A DNA stretch of 64,000 nt. It comes from Antedon mediterranea. Its lineage: Eukaryota; Animalia; Echinodermata. The position numbers and the translations under genes are program-made. Shown here piece by piece: positions 25,401-37,200 of this stretch. The first letter of the stretch is position 1, and every line of letters starts with the position of its first letter. The notes under the pieces are model-generated. The model was not told where the DNA came from, did not search any database, and was given only the letters and a program-made list of their open reading frames with translations. The stretch lies in assembly GCF_964355755.1 (NCBI RefSeq), contig NC_092679.1, positions 5,424,201-5,488,200 on the forward strand, read 5' to 3'.

Positions 25401-25805
25401 CAACGTTATGTAACGTAAGCAAATGTCCTTCTGATAATTGCGTTTGTCCCCGCCTGCGTGAAATCAAACCTGCGATGTTTGCAGCGCTATTGCGTCGTCG
25501 GTTCCTAATTGTGATACATATACATACGCAATACAGTACTTTGCGTCGATACGTCGCTGCGTAGCGTTCTAGTGGGAACCACGCTTTATAGGGGAGGAGT
25601 ATAGTGTGCGAAGTCCTGAACATTCGATCGAATGTGAACATTATTCCTTTTTTTGTATTCAGGATCCAGCAGCAAGTTTGGTAACATACCATACAGAGGT
25701 TTCCCAACTGCACACCGATATATTGCCTTATTGCAGTATTATAAACGAGTCATCATCATGCCTGCTATTTTGATAGGAGTGCTTTTGCTGGCTTATGGTA
25801 TATAG
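4468..25805 (+). CDS. CMAH: CMP-N-acetylneuraminic acid hydroxylase, 15 coding exons, ~639 aa, with C-terminal hydrophobic anchor
   Basis: Hand-spliced GT-AG exons: 4468-4667, 11789-11880, 12354-12460, 13692-13882, 14414-14561, 14841-14922, 15245-15382, 16529-16664, 21795-21932, 22825-22872, 23981-24107, 24326-24448, 24812-24924, 25006-25139, 25663-25805 (1920 nt, phases consistent, no internal stop). Rieske motifs CKHQGG and CSRHGWKLD; CMAH motifs DPWLTGPAFARSWWLLHEPP, ISHLHPDHLSYPTL, MDGVHPEMDTC, FWNHMQI. An AG directly precedes the ATG, so an upstream UTR exon is likely. Confidence 0.95.
7576..10910 (+). mobile_element. Academ-type (AcademX-like) DNA transposon, ~760-bp inverted arms, 3-bp TSD TTT
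   Basis: Termini TAGCAGGGT...ACCCTGCTA with TTT on both flanks. 7610-~8340 is the reverse complement of ~10170-10886. The internal ORF has XPG/FEN1-like motifs and a Cys-rich tail. Confidence 0.85.
8340..10260 (+). pseudogene. Decayed, 5'-truncated Academ transposase gene (XPG/PIN-like nuclease domain plus Cys-rich zinc finger), with three introns
   Basis: Motifs HENQPWPPSL, VFDGAAIVH, RIDIVWDTY...SLK, CDHEEADSK, FHAFTGSDTTSQFFGKAK, IPPTQDALLQH..YQASIW, CRELLKCGCK. GT-AG introns at 8807-8910, 9165-9298 and 9884-9992. Frameshifts and stops are present. Confidence 0.8.
11050..11590. repeat. AACGTT-rich degenerate tandem repeat array (probable MITE subterminal repeats)
   Basis: Repeated TCAACGTTGAA and GAAAATGAAAGTTTGCATCAAC units. 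A similar AACGTT-rich stretch lies at ~3430-3570. Confidence 0.7.
12913..13443 (-). mobile_element. Helentron/DINE-1-like non-autonomous element
   Basis: Minus-strand 5' end ATTACCTCCGCCAAGGAGGTTAT, (CA)n microsatellite, and a 3' GGCGGAGG..hairpin..CTAGTT end. Related to 21984-22683. Confidence 0.65.
15610..16335 (-). mobile_element. Truncated copy of the Merlin-like MITE at 29383-30275
   Basis: Extensive reverse-complement similarity to 29383-30110; ends GAACTAGCGCC. Confidence 0.65.
18745..19767 (-). mobile_element. 5'-truncated non-LTR retrotransposon (CR1/L2-group-like RT C-terminus)
   Basis: ORF 18937-19767 with LFADDLKL, LQEDLDGLEEW, KDLGIFIDSKLNF, LYKSIIRPHLEYCS. A-rich tail near 18750. 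Confidence 0.85.
20127..20495 (-). mobile_element. Short LINE 3'-end fragment inserted in the right arm of the foldback element
   Basis: Absent from the mirror arm. Its tail (AACAGCGAAAAATCGCCAATTACAGG plus a T-rich run) resembles the LINE tail at ~18790. Confidence 0.55.
21984..22683 (+). mobile_element. Helentron/DINE-1-like non-autonomous element
   Basis: TTACTTCCGCCAAGGAGG start, (GTTT/GTCT)n microsatellite, end GGCGGAGGTATGCACTCTCGGAGTGGCTTTCTAGTT (subterminal inverted repeat plus hairpin). Confidence 0.7.
23275..23930. repeat. AT-rich local tandem duplication in CMAH intron 10
   Basis: ATGAAAATGTGTTAYAGATAATATGT...AAAGAGGAARCTATGTAATCAATGTG occurs at ~23281 and ~23686, with a partial copy at ~23624. 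Confidence 0.6.
25376..25586. mobile_element. PIF/Harbinger-like MITE
   Basis: TGGTTCCCACTAG...CTAGTGGGAACCACGCT; same family as 33468-33775. Fragments also at ~11895-12185 and ~51550. Confidence 0.6.
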
Positions 25806-26369
25806 CCTAATTACACTGACATCTTATCTACTACCAACGCGCAGCTAATGAAGGAATTATTAATTAAAGATAACGGTATTATATATTTAAACCCCAAAAC
25901 AAATTACTTGCGAAAATGGCAATGACTGCATGACAATGGTTAAATCTCAATAATAGAGATAATGAACAAATAAACTATAATATGTAAATACGGTTACAAT
26001 ATGTAAATCATACTAGGTATTTTTTATATTATATAGATTTTTATATCAACATATTTTGCTAAAGCACACTAGGCCTATATACTTTTTTTATATTGCAATA
26101 TACCTATTTTTTAAAATTAAATTTAAACTCTTTATAGTACAATGGATGAACTGTAACATTTTTGAAATACTATTATACGATAATAATTATAAGCAGATAT
26201 GTCTGTTTATACGGTACGTAATTAATACAATGGATTTGACTGTTGATGTAAAGTTATGTAGAATAAATAAGGTAATTAAATAAATTTGCTTTTTATTTGA
26301 ATCTTTATGGATTTTTTAAAAGTTTTTAAACAAATATCATTTTAAATTTTTTGAACGAATCCACTGTTT

Positions 26370-27190
26370 GTAGATTAACAAAATGACGACTCACTCAGTA
26401 ACATACTTATGAAACATTAAAATCAAAACATGGACTTGAAAACTACTTAATTGATAAAACTAATTTTAAAGGTGCTGCATTAAAATTTAAAGCTCGTTCA
26501 AATACTCTACCTTTGAATGATAGAACTGCAAATTGGAATATTGATAATAATAAAAAATGTAAATTATGCGGTACAAATTGAAACGAAGACATCCATCATT
26601 TCATCCTTAATTGTTCAGCTTTAAATAATATACGTAATCAGGAATTATTTAATTTATATGTGGATATGTATAGAAATGGCAGCAAAGATATGTTTGATAC
26701 TTTTTATACTTCTCATGAAAATGACAAAACTTAAATATATTTTCGGATACTCAGATAATTTAATTGATGAAGAGTGTGAAAATATTGTTGATAGTTTTTG
26801 CAAAAGATACCTAAAACAAGCATGGAAATTTCGAAATGATTCACTGAATTCCATGACTCAATAACTATGTTATATACATTAAGTAAATTGAAAAGGAGTG
26901 GGTGAGGGGGGTTGGCGGGTTTACGTAATAACCTGTGTTTAGTCAGGTGAATTTATTTAATACACTTTTACTATATTTTGTTTTGTATTCATTTGTGTAA
27001 AATAATGATTATGATCTACTGTATGTATCGATGTAAATTGGGAGGGGGGTCGATAGGGGTTGATAGTTGCTTTTGCCTTTTTACTTTTCTGTTAATTGTT
27101 ATATTTTATATTGTTATTGTAAAGGATGCACCTTTGTGCTAAGTGTGACACCGATCTAAAGGTGTAATTCCAAATAAATAAATAAAAAAA
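26370..27190 (+). mobile_element. Degenerate LINE 3' fragment (C-terminal CCHC-type finger; RTE-X/L1-like)
   Basis: Reading frame KARSNTLPLN...CKLCGTN*NEDIHHFILNC. Ends in AAATAAATAAATAAAAAAA near 27190. Confidence 0.6.
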
Positions 27191-27874
27191 TACAACTTAT
27201 CACAGGAAAGCTTGACCTTGACATGGATAATCATCCGAAATATCTCTCTTGATTGGTGGTGCGTAAGCGCAGCGCAAAAGTAATGGACCACCAATCGCGA
27301 CGCGCTGGATATCAAACATCCCACTTATGTCGATATACCGTAAATCTTCTAATAGTAACCCACATTCTAATAGTAACCCCCCTTCTACGGTAATAGTAAC
27401 CCACCTTATAAGTCAATCTATAATAATAACCCATTGGTACTACAGTATTAGAGTCACAACAACTATTGACTAAGTTACATTATGAAGACTGGTTATTCGT
27501 AGCTAATTTTATTATTTAAGTCAGTATTATACTTTTATATTTCAGTTTTCTCGTTAAATATCCATCATTTTTAGTTTTTATGTTTCCTTTTAATCGACTT
27601 GTTTTTCTTATTCTGTTTTTCCTTATATTTTCCTTACGTATCATGTGCTGGTAGTGGTAGGCCTAAAAAAATGAATATTCATTTGTGACCCAATCCTGCC
27701 ATAAATAAAGCAATACCCTCATCATCATCCAGCTATACCACCAGAAATAGGTAATATTATGACTAATTGATACATTTCTACACATAATTCCCTCAAGTAG
27801 CCTAATGTTAGTTTGTAGTATTTTTGATGGTATTTTATGTCTGTTTTTAAATATTAATTGTTTTAAAATTATTA

Positions 27875-29330
27875 TATAATAATAATAATAATAATAAATA
27901 CTTTATTTTAACACGGAAAAGCTTGTGTCACCATAAAGGTGTTCTTCTACAAGGCCGTGATCAACTAACAGTAGTACATTACACATTTAAAAATAACAAA
28001 TTTTAAAAATAACAAATTAGAGAACAAAAATATATGAACAGAAACCTTAATTACATTTATGCTAAGAGTACAAAATAAATAATAAATCACACCAATAATT
28101 TTTTAAAGGTATTTAAATTTGTGGCATTTTGCATTGGTTTTTTTAGAGTATTCCATAAACTAGCACCATGATATGAAAAACTTTTTTTTATATATTCTGT
28201 TTTGGGTTTATCCAATTTTAATACATCCTTTGATCTTGTATTGTATGTGTCTAGTTTGGGTGTAAATAGTTCGTTTAGATGGTGGTGCTTGATTATGGAA
28301 TATTTTATATAACATTTTGGCTTCATTATTATGTAGTTGAGTATTAAGATTTATCCAGTTTAAGTTTTGCAGGGCATGTGTACTTGAGTCGTATTTCCTT
28401 GTTTTTGTAATAATTTTAGCTGCTCTGTTTTGTAGCATTTGTAGTTTATTAGTATTTTTTTTTATTTGATCTGCCCCACACAATATTACAATAGTTAAAC
28501 TTCGGAGAGATAATACTATTATACATTAAGCAAGATACATGTTTTGGGACAAGATTTGAAGATTTTTTTAAGTAGTACAAGCCTGGCAATACTTTACTTT
28601 TAACATTATCTATTTGTTTATCCCACAGTAAATATTCATCAATAACAACACATTGTCTATGTTTAAATTTAGATCAATGTTTGCTAATTTTGCAAGCCTT
28701 TGTTGTGTTCCTATAAGCATACACTGAGTTTTATTTACATTTAGACTAAGCTTGTTACTTGCTAGCCATGATTTGATTTTTTTTAAATCTTCATTAATTT
28801 TTGCAAGTACTTCATTTATATCAGAAGATGCAAAGTAAAGAGCATACATACTAATCTGTACACTATTTACATACTTTGGTAGATCATTTACATAAAGTAT
28901 AAATAAGAGTGGTCCCAAAATTGATCCTTGGGGGATTCCACAATTACTATAGCATTTATCTGATCGGACACCATTTACTTGTGTTAAGTGCGTACGATCA
29001 CAAAGACAGTCTTTAAACCATTTATAATAGAGACATCTAAGTTAAATCATTTAAGCTTGTCTATAAGTATGGTAGGGTCTACCGTATCAAAAGCTTTTTC
29101 AGATCAAGCATGACAAAACCAATATACTTCCCACAATCAATATCATTTATCCAATCTTCTGTAATATTTAATAATATTAGATACAGAGAAATTAGGACGA
29201 AATCCTGATTGGTAAGCATAAATCATATTTTTGGAGTTAATAAATTGATAGACCTGATCAAATAGGCCTACAACCCTCTCGATAATTTTAGAAAGAATCG
29301 GTAAATAAAATTGATATGGGTCTGTAGTTG
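27875..29330 (-). mobile_element. Degenerate 5'-truncated LINE (CR1/L2/Crack-group RT)
   Basis: Fragments LPILSKIIER, YQSGFRP, PQGSILGPLLFILYVNDLP, LQNRAAKII, KKSFSYHGASLWN, with frameshifts. (TTA)n tail at ~27875-27897. Confidence 0.85.
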
Positions 29331-29382
29331 CTAGCTTCTGTCCTATCTCCCCCTCAAGTGTCTCAAGTGTGTTTAAATATTT

Positions 29383-30275
29383 GGCGCTAGTTCCGTTTCG
29401 CACCTGTCGTTTATTTCGACTCAAAATTGGTTAAGTAACTTTATCGTGAGTACCACACCTTAGAATTAAGCCTCTTTAATACTTTTACGAAGGAGATCAC
29501 ACAAAAAGTAAAATATAAATCCTTTAAATTGATGAATTTACAGACGTGTTTCTCGCACATCGGTTCGTGAATTTCGCATACTCGATGTTCAATGTTGTTG
29601 TTTCTATGGAGCGCCAAAAGAGCAATCATAATAGAGGGCTAAAAACTCAGTAAATTGTGTATATTTAATGCATTTATTGGTGAAAATTACGTTCAATTTT
29701 ATCATATTTTGTCAATGCAACAAAAATATTACTGTTGATACTGTACATGGTTTTTTCAGGAGCTTTTAGTTAGGAATGAAAATCGACAAATTCATCATCA
29801 TATTACATGTACTGTATGTAGGGGTATACCTTAATCTAAATAATATGCCTCTTAGTCTTAGTCTTACTCTTAGGTTGGTTGCTATTTGAAAACAGCAAAT
29901 TATTAGCAGTAAAATGTTACAGCATTTTTATTGACAAAATATATTACAATTAAACGTGTATTTCAATAATAAATGCATTAAAAGAAGACGCATTCCACTG
30001 AGGTTTTAACCATCTATTGTTGTTGCTCTTTTGGCGCTCCATAGAAAGGAAAATATTGAACTTCGAGTATGCTAAATTCGCGGCGAACGGTATGCGAGAA
30101 ACATGTCTGTAAAATCATCAATTTAAGGATTTATTTGTTACTTTTTATGTGATTCTTCTTCATAAAAGTACTTATGAGGCCCAATTTTAAGGTGTGGTAT
30201 TCACAATAAGCTGCTTAACAATTTGGAGTCAAAAGGAAGTCGAAATAAAAACAGGTGCGAAACGGAACTAGCGCC
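29383..30275. mobile_element. MITE with ~250-bp TIRs and 8-bp TSD (Merlin-like)
   Basis: GGCGCTAGTTCCGTTTCGCACCTG...CAGGTGCGAAACGGAACTAGCGCC flanked by AAATATTT on both sides. Confidence 0.75.
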
Positions 30276-30429
30276 AAATATTTTTTATATAGTAATAAAA
30301 AAAACGTATTAATATACATTTTAGAATGTAATGTATGAAAATGTACTCTCACACTATTTCCATTTTAACTTGGCAAGTAAAATTAAATCCGAATCGTCAT
30401 TGCTATTGATGAATGGTTAGTTGAAATAC

Positions 30430-30618
30430 GTCTTTTGATTGGTCAAATTTTCTGTTAATTCAGCAATTTTTACGGTTCCACTCCTGTGCGCATGTGCTGT
30501 TCAAATACTATTTTTGTTATAGATTGAAAACCGTAAAAACGTGTTATCATTGTTGTGTCGCATGCGTGTGAAGACACAAATGTCGGGTTTATAATTGAAT
30601 TGAATTCTGTTGTATTGT
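30430..30618 (+). promoter_or_regulatory. Putative promoter and non-coding first exon of the SLC5 gene
   Basis: Inverted CCAAT (GATTGG, ~30437), NRF1-like TGCGCATGTGC (~30487), and a GTAAGT donor at 30619. Downstream acceptor at ~31239, before the ATG. Confidence 0.4.
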
Positions 30619-31280
30619 GTAAGTACTATTTTGACAATAATAACATATTGACGTTTGGTAGTATTTAGTAGACATAGAAAATATATTAACAGCCAGGCAA
30701 ATAATTCTAGGCTAGGCTAGGCCTACTATTTAATTAGTATTTATGTAGGCGCGCCTACCTCGGTCGGGGGAGAAGAGATCAAGATAGTGCTGTCTGATCG
30801 AGTGACAAGGAAGGTGCGAGTTGGCCTAGCTCTAGGTAGGCTCAGCTTAGCTTTATAGTTAGATATTATCATATCACACTCTCTCCATTGAGCTATAATG
30901 TACGCCATACAGTACCATTTACGAAGCATGCTTTTGCCATGCTTGGGATTCATTAGCATTTCTTTACATAAATATAAATAAATAAAGGCATATACAACAA
31001 TTACATTATTATGCTGGTAGGTGGGTGGTACTATCTACAGTACTACTAATATACTCTACACTGTATGTTTAATGAAATACCACTGTTTACACCATCATCA
31101 ACATTTATACCAGTAACATTTATTAGGGCATCCGAATTTGCCATGCACACGGATATATATACCCCTAACCTATGCCATAAAGAAAGAACAAAAATAACAA
31201 AATTTAATTTATTTGTTATTATCTATGCTTATGTTGTAGGCATAAAGCAGTATCAAGAAAGAAAGACAGACAGAAGGATA

Positions 31281-34200
31281 ATGACTCTTGTGACAAACCC
31301 TATAGGTGTTCTTGACTATTTAGTCATTGGTGTTGTTCTGGCAATAGCAGTAATAACGGGCATCTACCACGGCTTTGTTAATGGTGGACAACAGACAACA
31401 TCACAGTAAGTTTCTGGTTTACAGTGCTGAAACTTGGCACTAATAATAATAATGAAGATTAATCAAAACAAGTTTTTGAATAGGCCATTTCGCAGTTTTA
31501 ATAAAATTAATCCTTTTGTAGAAAATAAACTAAAATCCCAGTTTAAAAAAAATGTAAATTTTAACAAATAACCATTGTCTGATGGACAATGTGGGAATAT
31601 TTTGCTTTAAATTACATTTTTTTCAGGAAAATAATTTTAGTTTTTTGATCCAGTCTTTGGTCAAAGTGAATAACTATTATGTGACATTAAAACGGCATAT
31701 AAAACAAAAACATTTAAAAAATTATTTTTTCAGATGGACAATACATCTTTATCAAGGTCCATGGAATTTAAAATTGATACTTTATTAATGTACTTTAATA
31801 TCTTGGATTTGTTAACAGTGCGCAGAACTTATTGCATTTTATCAAAAGAAATTGCAATTTAAACATTTTTTTCCTGCAATGGTGCTTAATCATGTCTGTT
31901 TACCAATCAAATTATTTGCACTGTTATTAAAATCATTGTTTGTTTTGTCTAGTTTTTAAATATTTTGTTTTTGGTGCCTGTTTTTCCATGCCATGGTTTG
32001 TCCACTTCAGAAGTATAGTATTGACAATGAGTCATCATCAGTATATCCTGCTAACTATTAGACCTGCAATTATTTTTGGGATTAATTCATGTAACAATAG
32101 CTTTACTATGCAAAGTCTATATTTTGTATTATATCTATATCACATAAATAAATTCCTGTCATTTGATTGGATGAATGTGGGTCACATGGCATGCAATAGT
32201 ACTATTAAACAATCGTTTTATAGTATTATATTTCATTCATTCTTCTCATGTTTGTACACATTATTATTTATTTAATAAACTGTATAAATGTATCAATAAT
32301 CCATCATTTACTCATTCACACATTTTCTAGGTTTTTAGTTGCGGATCGCAGCATGTTTAGTTTACCAATAGCCATGACATTACTAGCATCGTTCATCTCT
32401 CCCGTCACGCTGCTTGGGACCCCGGCCGAGATATACACCAATGGCGGTCAATATATGATGTTTGTCTGTTGTCATATTTTGCTTTATCCAACCATTGCTT
32501 TCATTTTTATTCCTGTATTCCATGGCCTTAAGATAACAAGTGCCTATCAGGTAACATTTCTACATAATTTATTTTATTCAGGCATGATACTTTTCCTGCT
32601 TAAATGGCATTTTAGATTTTGTTAAATTGCATTCAAGATTTGATGTTATTTTAGAGGGTTTTCTTGTTTTTTCTGGGGTAGGGATTGGTTCGTTTGATAC
32701 CTTTTTTATATTTAGCTAGCCCCCATTTCATGTCCTAATCATTTGTTCATGCCTGTTTATTTAACTGATTTTATTTCTTCAATATTTATAAATTTTATCT
32801 CAACTCTGCAATTGTTTGTTCACCTACAGTAGCTGAAATTATTTTAAACTACTTTATATAGTTGTGTATGAATTTTAAAAAACAAGATTTTAAACCATGC
32901 ATTTTCAATTTCTGTCTACAGTATCTTTATCACCGTTTTGGAACACCTCTTCAGATTCTTGGCGCTAGCATATTCATGTTTCAAACTGCCTTTTACATGG
33001 CAATAGTTTTATTTACACCTGCTTTGGCTGTTGAGGCTGGTAAGTATTCAAAGTTTATTTACTTCAGACTGGTCCTTCAGAAATGGACATTAAGCCAGAA
33101 TGTTTTAATAGAAAACGTAAATTACATGTTTTCATTAATTATATTTCAGTAACAAATTTTGAATTTTGGAAGACAATCCTGATTGGTGGTATCGTTTGCA
33201 CTTTCTATACAACTTTAGTAAGTTTAAAAAATTTCTTTATTTAAACAGTAAATTTACAAATACAGTCAAAGATACTGTTAATCTACTGCAATTACTGCAG
33301 TTACAACTACAATGTTTTATTTCTTAACATTGATATGCTTATTTAGATATTTTTTACTGGGGGATGGGGGAGGGGGTGGAGAGATAATCACACACACTTT
33401 CATAAACTTCTACATTAAATAAAAAGTGTCCCTTAACAACCCCTATTTACATCAGTTTGTATCCTAAAGCGTGGTTTCCACTAGTGACGGAACATGACGC
33501 AACGTAACAAATTGCCCTTTCAGTAATTGTGTTTACCCCCGCCTGCGTGAAATCAAACCTGCTTGTTGCGCGTCAACGTTAGCATGGACATTGAGAGTAC
33601 AGCGCGTTCTTTTGAGTATGCGCTGAACTATGTTTTCCAGCGTTCTTTTCCTTGCGTTGTTGCGTGAAATCAAACTGATTTGATTTCCCGTAGCGGTGTC
33701 GTCGGTTCCCACTTGTGATTATGCAATACAGCACTTTGTGTCGATACGTCGTTATGTTCTAGTGGGAACCACGCTTAATTGAATTTACTGAATTCCCTTA
33801 TAGGGTGGTATGAAAGCTGTAATATGGACAGATGTGTTTATGTTTCTTGTCATATTTGGTACTACTATGCTGGTAGTGATTGTTGGTACATTAAAAGCTG
33901 GAGGAATCGATCATGTTATAGAATCAAACATGGATGCTGGTCGACTAGATCTACTACAGTAAGCTAATTTGCATTGAAGGGCAACTTGATTTTATTTTAA
34001 CAACGTATTAGGGATGTACATATGATTTCAGAACAATCGCGAGATTAAGGATATCGCCATCATGAGTTTTCTAGCAAAGTCTGGCAAATCTTGAAAATTT
34101 CTAGTAAACACACTTTGTAAATATATCGTAAAAAATATAACTGTTGATTTTTTTTGCTTATCTGGACTCATTAAGTAGATTTTGTGATGCACCTGTGACG

Positions 34201-37200
34201 TCACAGCAATTTATGGTGACGGCTGTACGGCGAGCGCGTGTGTCGTGTCTTTAATCTTGCGATTGTTCTGAAATCATATGTACATCCCTAATACGTTGAA
34301 AAAATATGGTCCTCGGTCAAGTTGTCCTTTAAATATACAAAAATATCTTATTTTAATTATTAACCTGTGGTACAGTCGATTAACTCTCCTATACTTACAA
34401 CTTCCCAAAACCAGACTTTTCACATTTTTTTTTACAAAATACCACATTCATTGTGGAGTTGTGGCTTGGTGGTTATGATGCTTGGCTACCACTTTAAGGG
34501 TCCCGTCACATGTCAGGATTTTTTCTAAGGACAAAAAATAAAACTCTACTACCAAAGAGTTGTAATAAGACATCTTGTGTATGTTTGTCTTGTAAACCTC
34601 TGTGGATCCCTAATGATCAGTAATTTCTGGATGGATCTATGGTGTAAAGCACCCTCATTAAATATGGTTAAAAAAAAAAATACCATCGATAAATCACGAA
34701 AATTATTTTTTTTATTTACACAATTAGATTTCCAGTTGACTTGACAGCTAGAATGTCTTTCTTATCGTTAACGATTGGTGGTTGGATGAATGCGATGCCT
34801 CTATGGGCAATAAGCCAAACTGCTGTACAGAGGTTTCTAACTGCACGAACGGTCAAGGATGCTCAAGTGTAATCTCATTTTATATACTTTGTTTTATATT
34901 TTATTGGTGCGGAATAAAATGTCACCATTCATTAACCACAAAGTGTAGCCTATATTGTGCCAAGATCAGCGCAACAGTAGGTGGTCATTTTGGCTGATTG
35001 TAATGCTTCAATGCACTTTAAGACATTTTTAATCTAGTATTAACTTCCTTTTAAGGTCAAAGGTTATAGGTTACAGTAGGCTCTTATCTGCTTATTGTAA
35101 AGTTATCTTATAGCTAGTACAAACTTCTTTTTAAGGTCAGTTAGTTCATATGTACATAAAATTTTCTTACAAGTCTTCTCGGATAAAGACTACAAACTGT
35201 AGGTTCAGTGTATTCATATTGCTCGTGTGCACTTTAAAGAACCTAGTACATCTTTCGAGACGAGTGGGGGGTTACCTTGGTGTGCTAGTTCACACACACA
35301 CACTGTCGTGGACAGTAATGGCGCCGTAGTTGGCTGCCGATGACACGATGTGAGGGGAGAGGAATGTTTTTGAAAAGGTGTAACATCTAAGTCCACAGCG
35401 CTCTCATCTTCATGAAATAGCTAGCTTACATAACTAATTACAAATTGTACAGTACAATAGGCTTCATTTTTTGCGCTATTTTGATTTATATACAAGTAAG
35501 GTACAATTGAAGATTAAACTATCTTTTTCTTTTCAGGTCAGTTCTTTTAAATATCCCCATGGTAACATTAATAATATTGTTTGTGGGTTACCAAGGACTT
35601 ATACTTTATACATTTTATGATGGTAAGAAAAACCAAGATGTTTTACTCGATAAAAAAACAACGCATAAATTACCTTGTATAATATATTTAGAACCACAAG
35701 ACAATGCATAATTTTATTTTTATCCTCAATTTGCAGATAATATGGACTTTGAAAATTCAACAGATATAATAAGTAAGTTATATTGAAACAAACATAATGT
35801 ATAATTTAAAACTACGATACTTAGTATTGTATATTCAGGAATAGCCGCTCCATAGTCTCTTTGCTTTTCTTCCTTATATCTTATTCTTATTAACTCAAAA
35901 TTATTTTTACTAACAAACATTACTATTTATTTGCCTAGTGTGTTATCATTATTGACATAATTTCAATAAACATCCACATACAGTACAACTCTTCTTAACA
36001 AAATGTTTTCAATCTTCTATCAACTAAAAGTCATAGTTAGTCATGTCTCGGGTCACATCCTATGGTCACCGTACAGATAGGCTACTACATCAGTACTTCT
36101 ATGAATGGATGACTAGTTGGTGACAATAACGCTAGTTGGTCATACCCAGTACCGTTTTGATTTTACGATCATTCGGGAAACCACCTCACAAAATTATATT
36201 CTAAAATCCATCTCCTACTGAGTGTTGTAATATTTATAATACAATGTGATAAAGTAATTGTTTGTAGATCCATTTTTATGAAGGTCTTAATTTTAATGTT
36301 AATATTATTTTACAGATTCTACAGTAGATCTTGTGACTGGAGGGCCAAATATATCTAAATCTGATCAGGTTAGTTTTATTCTGGATATTTAAATAAAAGG
36401 TTAAGTGGACCAAGGTAACATTGTTTAGTTATTAATTTCTTTATTTTCTATGTAATTACTAGATTATATATTTTTTATTTTAATAATAAAATATTTGTGT
36501 GTTTTTTTTTTTTTGTGTACACTTAGTTGTGCATGCAATATGCTGCCAAAGAACTGTTAATAAATAAATAGTCACTAATGTAGAGTTCACTTTTGTTACT
36601 TTTTATTTCTATTTGATATTTTTACTTTTATTGTTTTTGCTAATTAGATATAATTTAAAGGGCAATGTGTTTAAGAGCTTTGGCTCGTTGCATAACCCAT
36701 TTTGTATCAAATACCATGTTTTCCATTCATTATTATTATATATATTTATATATGCTGTTGATACAAAATAAATGGTACGTCTAGTATCACAAATTATTAT
36801 TAAAAAAATCTTTATCATTTTCGTTCTGATTTTATAAATATAATCATAAATTATCACCATATGCTGAAGTTTTTACAAGTTTTTATTGCACATAGCACCA
36901 CTTGGGTGGAGGATACCAGTGGTATATAAATTTTCAGTTATTATTTAATATAAATGTAATATATCTATCTTGCAGATAATGGTATATTTTATTAGTGAGC
37001 AATTTGGTCACATTCCAGCCTTCCAGGGACTTTTTATTGCCTGTTTGTGGTCAGGAACTCTCAGGTTTGTGGATTCTCAGGTCTTTTCGCACTGTTATGT
37101 TTTACAGTTATAATAATAATAAATTATAGTTTTGATTTCTTTTCAATTACTCAACTAGATATATATCTCAGTATCTTTTCACATTACATATAAAAACACA

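Noticed and set aside
25232-25713. 110-115 aa ORFs on both strands
   Set aside because: They overlap a Harbinger-like MITE in CMAH intron 14 and show no protein features.
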